Positions 18,293 to 25,126 of a stretch of 38,097 bases of DNA are shown one piece after another; position 1 is the stretch's first letter; each line of letters begins with the position of its first letter. A program made the translations under genes and the position numbers. Under the pieces are notes generated by a model, which did no database searches, had not been told where the DNA came from, and saw only the letters and a list, made by a program, of their open reading frames with translations. Origin of the DNA: Polyangiales bacterium (GTDB lineage: Bacteria > Myxococcota_A > Polyangia > Polyangiales > Houyiibacteriaceae); NCBI GenBank assembly GCA_045106895.1, contig JBGCFM010000255.1, forward strand, positions 1 to 38,097. The letters are read 5' to 3'.

Positions 18293-19093
18293 ATGCGAAC
18301 CTTGAGCGTTCTGCTCGTTGCCGGACTGCTCGCCCAGACGAGCGCGAGCGCCCAAGAAGCGGCCCCGGAAGATGCACCGGTCATCGCGCCAGAGGACACC
18401 GCGCCGGAGAACGCCCAAGACGCTCCTTCTGCGTTGACGATGGAGCGAGCCCGGGCCCTCTTTGATGCCGGTAGCGCCGCCGTCGAAGCGGGCGACTACG
18501 AGGGTGCGTTCCGTTATTTCACCGAATCCTACGAGCTGTCACGGCTGCCTCGCATGCTCTTCAACCTCGGCAGCGCTGCTGAACGCATGCAGCATTCCGC
18601 GGAGGCGCTCGGCTTCTACCGCCAGTTCCTCGAAGAGGTGCCCAACGCGAGGAATCGTCAGTTTGCAGAAGGGCGTATTCGTGCCCTTGAGGCCGTCGTC
18701 GCGGAAGCGGAGGCTGCGCAGAATGGGGCAGGCGAGCAGGACAGCGAGACAAACGCGATGCCGGCAGAGCCAGAACAACAGGGAACGCCGGCATCTGCCT
18801 GGGTGCTCCTCGGGGGCGGCGTGGCCGCAGTGGTCGGCGGGGGAGTGTTGCTCGCAACGGGCGCGGCGAAGCGCGCAGAGCTCGACGACGCGCCGGAGGG
18901 CGCTCCCTTCGCGGAGTTCGATGGGCATGCCAGCTCTGCGAATCTTCAGACAGGCCTGGGCATTGGTTTGCTTGCGGCGGGTGCGCTCAGCGCGACGGTA
19001 GGCCTTGTGATCATGGTGTCGAGTGGGTCAAACGAGGACGACACGCAGGTGGTCCTCGGCGTGAATCGCGTAAGCGTGCGAGGGAGCTTCTGA
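18293..19093 (+). CDS. Secreted tetratricopeptide-repeat protein, paralogue of 4804..5583
   Basis: Signal peptide MRTLSVLLVAGLLAQTSASA. TPR region YELSRLPRMLFNLGSAAER. Two Gly-rich hydrophobic helices. Ends VSVRGSF. Confidence 0.85.
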   Translation: MRTLSVLLVAGLLAQTSASAQEAAPEDAPVIAPEDTAPENAQDAPSALTMERARALFDAGSAAVEAGDYEGAFRYFTESYELSRLPRMLFNLGSAAERMQHSAEALGFYRQFLEEVPNARNRQFAEGRIRALEAVVAEAEAAQNGAGEQDSETNAMPAEPEQQGTPASAWVLLGGGVAAVVGGGVLLATGAAKRAELDDAPEGAPFAEFDGHASSANLQTGLGIGLLAAGALSATVGLVIMVSSGSNEDDTQVVLGVNRVSVRGSF

Positions 19094-19950
19094 TGATGCG
19101 CTACTTGATTTCACTTTTCACCTTCGCGGCTCTCACCAACCTCGCCTCCTGCGCGGAGAACCCCGAAGGTCGTTTTGGCTGCGACAGCGCGAGTGATTGT
19201 CCGAGCGGCTGGTTCTGCCGCGCCGGCGAAGCCAGCGCACAGCTCCGCTGCTACTCCAGCGTTGGGGACGGCTCGGACGCGGGTCGCGCAGACGCGGGTC
19301 GCGCAGACGCGGGCAGCACGGACGCCGGCAGCACGGATTCCGTCAGCGCGGATTCCGTCAGCGCGGACACCGGTCCTGACGGCGCATCGGAAGATGGAGA
19401 CATGCCGGACGTGCCCCTCGATGCGACCGGCGACATCGGAATGACTGATGCCGGCTCGTGTGGGGATCTTGCGGAGACCCCTGAGTGCATGAGTGTGCCA
19501 ACACTACAAATCCGGTCCCTAAGGATGACTGACCTCGTCGGGGGAGGCATCCCGGGCATGGACGCTGCATGCGCCGCCTCGTTCGGCGCCGGCTATAAGG
19601 CGCTCGTGTTAAGCAGCGAGCGCTTTCCGGGCGAGTCGGACTGGGTTCTAGCCAGCGAAACCTGTTACGCCATCGAAAGCGGCGAGATTGCGTTTCGAAC
19701 AGACGTCGATGCGGTGAGTGAAAGTGGGGTGCCTTCGGCTCCGCTCGCCGCGGGAGCCAACTTTTGGACGGGCGCGAATGAGGATTGGACACCCAGCAAT
19801 GAGAACTGTGACGACTGGACTAGCCGCGAGGGAATGGGGGTGACTGGCTTCGACGTTCGGGAGTGCGCCTTGAAGCCTTTTATCGGCAATCATGGCGCCG
19901 TGAATTGCAGCAGAGGGCTTGGTGTGCTTTGCGTGGAGCAGCCGGAGTAA
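19093..19950 (+). CDS. Lipoprotein with C-terminal DUF1554/endostatin-like domain
   Basis: Lipobox LASC. Small Cys knot (CDSASDCPSGWFC), DAG linker, then GGIPGMDAAC...YKALV...FWTGANEDWT...NCDDWTS...LCVEQ. TGATG coupling to the TPR gene. Confidence 0.8.
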   Translation: MMRYLISLFTFAALTNLASCAENPEGRFGCDSASDCPSGWFCRAGEASAQLRCYSSVGDGSDAGRADAGRADAGSTDAGSTDSVSADSVSADTGPDGASEDGDMPDVPLDATGDIGMTDAGSCGDLAETPECMSVPTLQIRSLRMTDLVGGGIPGMDAACAASFGAGYKALVLSSERFPGESDWVLASETCYAIESGEIAFRTDVDAVSESGVPSAPLAAGANFWTGANEDWTPSNENCDDWTSREGMGVTGFDVRECALKPFIGNHGAVNCSRGLGVLCVEQPE

Positions 19951-20021
19951 GGCCTCGGACGCAGGGCTGATTGTTCGACTCGAGCGACTTACGACGAAGC
20001 GGTCCGTGCTATCGTGGAGTC

Positions 20022-20465
20022 ATGCGTGGTGGGGGTCGTAACGTCGCGGCGATGCTCTTCTTCGCGGGCGTGGTCCTCACTCAGCTCTACTTCGTCGTCG
20101 GCGCCTACGAGCACCCGCACAAGCTCTTCGGCTATCAACCCTTTAGCGAATCGTCGGAATGGCGCACGACCATCGTTCGCGTTCTCCCCAGCGGCGAACG
20201 CGACAATATCCGCGACGGGTGGAACGGCTACCTTTGGCATGAGCTTGTGCCCGTCGGCCGGGGCCTGACCTTTCCCCTCGATTGGCATCGCGCCCATTCC
20301 GGCGTGGGCTCGACGTTGGCGTTCTTCCAAGAAGCGCTCGACTGGGTCGCCACGCACACCCCCGACGACACGGAAGCGCTCTACCTCGAAGCCGAGGTGG
20401 AGTATCGCCGAAACGGTCATGAGCCGGTTCGCGTCGTTTTGCGCAGCGTGGATCGCACGCCATGA
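20022..20465 (+). CDS. Membrane-anchored partner protein of the HTTM gene (SdpA/DUF5819-like role, inferred)
   Basis: One N-terminal TM segment then a soluble domain (KLFGYQPFSES...FFQEALDWVA...YLEAEVEY). ATGA overlap with the HTTM gene. Confidence 0.7.
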   Translation: MRGGGRNVAAMLFFAGVVLTQLYFVVGAYEHPHKLFGYQPFSESSEWRTTIVRVLPSGERDNIRDGWNGYLWHELVPVGRGLTFPLDWHRAHSGVGSTLAFFQEALDWVATHTPDDTEALYLEAEVEYRRNGHEPVRVVLRSVDRTP

Positions 20466-21547
20466 AGGACTTCTTCGAAGCGCGTGTCCACGTCAGGGCG
20501 CTGGCGCTCCTGCGTATTTTGGCCGGGCCCATCGTCCTCGTGCACCTCTACCCGTTCTGGCAACGGGTCGCTGTCCATGACTACTACTTCGCCGACGCAT
20601 TCTTCGTGCCCTTCTTCGACTGGTGGCCCGTGCTTTCGAAGGGCGCGTACATCGCCGTGCTCAGCGCCGGCCTCGCGAGCGCAGTGCTTATGTCGCTGGG
20701 GCTCCTCTCGCGGCTGAGCTCCGCGCTGACGCTTGGCATCGTCGCGTTCAACGTTCTGAGCAACCAACTTTTCTTTCATCACAATCGCGCGTTCTTGATG
20801 GCGATCCTCTTCGGCCTCACGCTATGCGAGAGCGGGCGCACGCTCTCGCTCGACAGCGTGCTGCAGCGCCGGCGAGGGCGTCCCCTCGAGCCGCACACGC
20901 GCCGGTGGCGCCTGATGCTCTTCCGCGTTCTGGCGTGCACGCCCTACATCGCCTCGGGTTTCAGCAAACTCATCGACGCCGACTGGTGGAGCGGTACCGT
21001 CATGCGGCTGCGAATCCAACGCGGACGCGAGATCGCCGAATCGAAAGGTGTACCCGAGTGGCTCCTCGACACGATCGCCACCGAGGGCTTCAACGCGCTC
21101 ATGTGGAAGTTCGTCGTGCTGACGGAGATCTTCATCGGCGTCGGCTATTGGTTCCGCCGAACGCGCAGCGCCGCGGTATTCATGGCGCTGGGCTTTCATC
21201 TCTTCATCGAGGTCACATCGACGGTCATGGTCTTCAGCTACCTGGGAGTCTGCGCGACGCTCATCTGGGTCGTGCCCAAAACCCGCGACCGTACGCTGTG
21301 GCTTCACGACAACGATGCCAAAGCTCATCGCATCGCGCGATTCGTGCGCTGGTTTGATTGGCTCGAGCGATTCGACGTGCGTTGGCGAAAGGACGGCCCC
21401 GTCATCGAGCTCGTCGACCGCGACGGTTCACGATACGCAGGCCGAAGCGCATCGCGCCTTGTGTTCAGCCGTTTGCCGCTCCTGGCGCCACTCTTTCTGC
21501 CTCTGCTGCTGCTGCCTCGGCACAAGCTTAGCGACCCGTCGGAGTAG
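20462..21547 (+). CDS. HTTM-domain (vitamin K-dependent gamma-carboxylase-like) membrane protein with degenerate C-terminal DCC1-like domain
   Basis: ALALLRILAG, MSLGLLSR, FHHNRAF, GRTLSLDS, YIASGFSKLIDADWWSG, GFHLFIE...FSY. C-terminus RWFDWLERF...LVDRDGSRYAGRSA...SRLPL. Confidence 0.88.
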   Translation: MKDFFEARVHVRALALLRILAGPIVLVHLYPFWQRVAVHDYYFADAFFVPFFDWWPVLSKGAYIAVLSAGLASAVLMSLGLLSRLSSALTLGIVAFNVLSNQLFFHHNRAFLMAILFGLTLCESGRTLSLDSVLQRRRGRPLEPHTRRWRLMLFRVLACTPYIASGFSKLIDADWWSGTVMRLRIQRGREIAESKGVPEWLLDTIATEGFNALMWKFVVLTEIFIGVGYWFRRTRSAAVFMALGFHLFIEVTSTVMVFSYLGVCATLIWVVPKTRDRTLWLHDNDAKAHRIARFVRWFDWLERFDVRWRKDGPVIELVDRDGSRYAGRSASRLVFSRLPLLAPLFLPLLLLPRHKLSDPSE

Positions 21548-21676
21548 TACCCCAGGTCGGAAGTTCTATCCGGGTTATTCGCGTGCGCGTCGATAGGTCT
21601 GAGGACCTACGTCGATCGCCGACTGAAACCCAGGACGCTGCGCTTACGCACTCAGCACTGACTGAGTTTACCGGGC

Positions 21677-23017
21677 CTAGGACAGTTCCGTCTCAAGCAT
21701 GCGGATGAGCTCGACGCGCGCCCGCTTTGGCACTTTGTTCTCGGAGATCTTCTTGGCTCCGCGGTAGAACGAGAGCCCTTGGATGGGCGCCTTTTTGTCC
21801 CGTCCTATCTGACTGCGGCGATGCGGGAGCCCTGGGTGTTTCAGCGACACATGCAGGCCGTCGTGGCTCATTCGCCGCGAATGGCAATCGATGCCACCGT
21901 CCACCCGGGACGGCTCGAACCCGAGGCTCGCGAGCTTCGAAACCAACGTCAGCGCGAAGGGCTCGGGCAGCGCTGCGAGCACATCTTCGAGGGCCTTCGG
22001 CGTCCGCTCTGCGGCAAGCTGGGGAAAGGGCGGCATCCACTCTTCGTCTGCAGCGATGGCGCACCAGCGCTTGAACTCCGCATCGGACATCTCTGAGGGG
22101 TGTGCGATTCGAATCCATGAACTCGCGTCGACATCGATAGCCTTGAGAGCGGAATCCAGCCACTCTCCCTGAGCGTTTGTCATCACGTGGGCTTTGCCAT
22201 CGCCGACGCCGACTTCAAAGACCAGCCCGAAGGTGGTGTTGGTGGCAAGTGGATGATCGAGATACAGCAATCGAAAGAGCCACACGTGCCAAGTGTCGCC
22301 GCTGATGAGCGCATCGCGGAGTCGTGCGTGGCGCGTTGCCTGCGCCTCCTTCAGCTGCTTTTTGACTTCGCTGAGCGCAGCACGTTCGGCGTCTACGCCC
22401 TTTGGAAGCCTCGATCGAAGCTTGCCGTCCGGCGTCTTCAGTTGCAGCGACTCGCCATCAAAGACGAGGCCCCACTCCGACCCCTCGCAGAGCGCTCGTG
22501 TTCCTTCTCGGTCAAATCCCAAGGACGCGAGCGCGTAGTGCTTGTGATAGAAAACGTATTCCTTCGTGCCGACGAGGGCCCGAAAATCTTCCGGGGACAT
22601 CTTCTCCAGCTCGACGAAGCGCAGTACGGGGTCGACGGAACTGTCTGCGGGGTCGACCCGAGGGCGCGCCTTTTCCGACGCCGCTGCTCGGATCTGCCGC
22701 ACGGCGTAGTCGTATTCACGCAGCAGCTTCTTGCTGCGCTCACTGGACTTGGCAGCTTCCACCTCATCGGCGACGTCGACGCCGGATCGGAAGAAGAGGT
22801 AGAGGGCCTTGTAACGCTCGATGCCACGCTTGGCCTGGATTCGTTCGCGCGCAGGCTCCAGCAAACGTTCGCCCCAGGGTGACATCGCTTCACAGATGTT
22901 TCGGGTGTCCACTTCTCCTTTTGTGCCGTCGAGAAGCGACAACGCTTCGTGGAAGAGCTCATCCGAATAGGGCTCGGATTCGATTCGTTTTCGAAGCCTG
23001 ATGATTTCCAGCGACAT
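21677..23017 (-). CDS. DUF4132 domain-containing protein
   Basis: RLRDALISGDTW...LYLDHPLA...GLVF...IRIAHPSEM...W...EWMPPFPQL matches the DUF4132 pattern. Start MSLEII at 23017 follows GGGGG. Confidence 0.8.
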   Translation of the reverse strand: MSLEIIRLRKRIESEPYSDELFHEALSLLDGTKGEVDTRNICEAMSPWGERLLEPARERIQAKRGIERYKALYLFFRSGVDVADEVEAAKSSERSKKLLREYDYAVRQIRAAASEKARPRVDPADSSVDPVLRFVELEKMSPEDFRALVGTKEYVFYHKHYALASLGFDREGTRALCEGSEWGLVFDGESLQLKTPDGKLRSRLPKGVDAERAALSEVKKQLKEAQATRHARLRDALISGDTWHVWLFRLLYLDHPLATNTTFGLVFEVGVGDGKAHVMTNAQGEWLDSALKAIDVDASSWIRIAHPSEMSDAEFKRWCAIAADEEWMPPFPQLAAERTPKALEDVLAALPEPFALTLVSKLASLGFEPSRVDGGIDCHSRRMSHDGLHVSLKHPGLPHRRSQIGRDKKAPIQGLSFYRGAKKISENKVPKRARVELIRMLETELS

Positions 23018-23102
23018 GTGATTTCCCCCGGCACGAGAGTAGCCCACAAGACAGGGCGGTAGAAGCACCCCGGAGCATACATAGACGCGCTCATGGTCTA
23101 CG

Positions 23103-23870
23103 ATGAGCGACGTGCCTGAGCCCCTTCCTGAACACCTCGTCCTCGACGAGGGCATCGTCTATTCGCGTGAGCTCACCGTCCGCGACGCTGCCGTACCTGA
23201 ACGCTTCGCGGCATCTCCCCTCGTCGAAGGTGCCGAGGGGCTCACCTGGCATGGGCTGGTGACGGGCCTTGAGACGAACCGCTCTGGCATGTGGGAGCGA
23301 TTCGAGGACGCGCTCACAATGGCGGACCGGCGGCAGCGCGCGCGCTTGTCGACGGCGCTCAGCGCTTGTTACTCGGGCCTCTTCGGGTTTCGAAGTGCGG
23401 GCTCTGGTCGCGACGCGTTCGATGCGTGGGTCGCAACGCTTTCTATCAAGCCAGACCGCGAGCGCGCGCTCATCGACGTGCCGAAGTCTGGCGACATTGC
23501 CGGGTGCGTGCGCCTACCTTTTAGTCCCGGGACCGGTCACTTCCCCGTGGGTCACGACCTGCTGCTTTACCTCCTCGCCGAGGTGGAGTCACTGCTCGAC
23601 GGCGCGGAGTTCGCCGACGTTGCGCGCTTTGATGCGGACAAGCGTACGCGCGAAGAGCTCTCGCCCTACACGCTCCAGGCATGGACGCATGGGCGCGTAT
23701 TTGAGGCGCCGGCGCACGCTCGCGGTGACACCTACGATGTTCCGGGGGTGGTGGGCTTTTTCAACGCGGTGCTTCGGGACATGGGTGGCGAGGGGCGCTT
23801 CCGACTTGTGGATGGCGGCGCAGCGTATGGCGCGGCGGCGTCTTTGCGCGCTCTTGGACGCAAAGACTGA
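23103..23870 (+). CDS. Hypothetical protein
   Basis: 255-aa ORF divergent from the DUF4132 gene. Protein-like composition; ends YDVPGVVGFFNAVLRDMG..RF. Confidence 0.7.
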   Translation: MSDVPEPLPEHLVLDEGIVYSRELTVRDAAVPERFAASPLVEGAEGLTWHGLVTGLETNRSGMWERFEDALTMADRRQRARLSTALSACYSGLFGFRSAGSGRDAFDAWVATLSIKPDRERALIDVPKSGDIAGCVRLPFSPGTGHFPVGHDLLLYLLAEVESLLDGAEFADVARFDADKRTREELSPYTLQAWTHGRVFEAPAHARGDTYDVPGVVGFFNAVLRDMGGEGRFRLVDGGAAYGAAASLRALGRKD

Positions 23871-23949
23871 CACCCGCGAGAACGACTGCGGACTGCGGCG
23901 GAAAGAAACTGCCGCTCGAAGGAAGAACACGCCTTGTTGCGGCAGACTG

Positions 23950-24110
23950 CTAGCGGCTCCACGGATACTCGAAGTACACGCGCGGGCCGAAACGCTCCGT
24001 CAGTGTCTTCTGCACACCCTCCGAAAGCTTGGCGCCTCCAAGCTCAAGGCACTGCAGATGCTCCAAGTGCGAAGGATTTGTCTGCGACGCACCGTCATCG
24101 ACGGTCCATC
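23950..24110 (-). pseudogene. Relic C-terminus of a leucine-rich-repeat (TIGR02996-type) protein
   Basis: Translates to VDDGASQTNPSHLEHLQCLELGGAKLSEGVQKTLTERFGPRVYF, resembling the typical SPHLxxLxxLxL...LxxRFGxRV ending. No intact N-terminus. Confidence 0.5.
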
Positions 24111-24148
24111 TACACACGGAATAGGTACCGAAAGCACTTTGCATCTCA

Positions 24149-25126
24149 TCAGTCGGCTTTGTTCGCATTCGCCTGGGCGACTTGCAGGTTCATTTCAATC
24201 AGTCGATCGGCGATGAACGAGATGGTCGCCATCGCCAGTTCGAAATGGTCTTCCAAGATGTCAATGAACCCCTCCGCGGTGCCGCGCAGCGCGACGACTT
24301 TCGTTTCTGCGACGGCGCGGTAGGAGCGTTGAAGGCCGCCGTATGCCTCGAGTTGACCGATGCTTGAACCGGGGCCCATTCGAAATGTCCGCCTTTCCGA
24401 TTCGCAGCTCACCACGCCATAGACAATGTTGAACCCACCGAGGGCTTCGTCCCCTTCGTTCCAAAAGACGTGTCCCGGCTCCACGCGGATCTCTTCGAAC
24501 TGGCGTACAAGTTGGACGAGAGGCTCAAGGTTGGCCGTTTCAAGTGGCCCCTTATGCGCGGTGACGATGCGCTGGATGATGTCGAGTTCGTCGTGCGGGT
24601 AGGGGACTTCATCGGGTTCGCTTCGCTTGAGCTTGCCGGCGGCTTCGAGCGTCGCTTGCGTCTCGACGAGCTGACGCGAGAGCTGACGGAGCCCAGTCTC
24701 GAGGAACGCGAAGTCCTCTTCGATCACGACGTGTACCTCCGCCGCGGACAGTTCGAGGGTGACGGTATCGTCCAGCGCGACCATTCGTTGGTGAATGACC
24801 TGGGAGGAGAGAACGGGCAGAAAACCGACGGCAAAGTGAGGTTCGACCGTCGCGACCTGCACGCCTTCCTGTTCAACGCTGACCCTTCCTTCTGCCACAA
24901 AGTGCACGGCGTCGACGGAGTTCTCATACTCGAAGATCACTTCGCCCTTTTTGAAGTGCCGCTCTTCGCTCCTTTGGGCGATGTACGAGAGCGCGCCCCG
25001 CTGCATCATGCTGATGTTCGGTAGCGCACGTAGGAAGATCAAGCGCTCGAGGGGCGTTGGAAAACGTATCCGTGCACCCGCGACGATTCCTGCGACGTAC
25101 GCTTGGCCGATTGCAGTTTCGCTCAT
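24149..25126 (-). CDS. Protein with two cyclic-nucleotide-binding (Crp/CAP_ED-like) domains
   Basis: ERLIFLRALP...FKKGEVIF...VHFVAEGRV and EPGHVFWNEGDEA...IVYGVV...GPGSSIGQLE...RSYRAVAET. ATGA coupled to the upstream gene. Confidence 0.9.
   Translation of the reverse strand: MSETAIGQAYVAGIVAGARIRFPTPLERLIFLRALPNISMMQRGALSYIAQRSEERHFKKGEVIFEYENSVDAVHFVAEGRVSVEQEGVQVATVEPHFAVGFLPVLSSQVIHQRMVALDDTVTLELSAAEVHVVIEEDFAFLETGLRQLSRQLVETQATLEAAGKLKRSEPDEVPYPHDELDIIQRIVTAHKGPLETANLEPLVQLVRQFEEIRVEPGHVFWNEGDEALGGFNIVYGVVSCESERRTFRMGPGSSIGQLEAYGGLQRSYRAVAETKVVALRGTAEGFIDILEDHFELAMATISFIADRLIEMNLQVAQANANKAD

Noticed and set aside
23269..24216. 315-aa plus-strand ORF
   Set aside because: Overlaps the better-supported 23103..23870 in another frame and is Arg/Ser-rich with no motifs.
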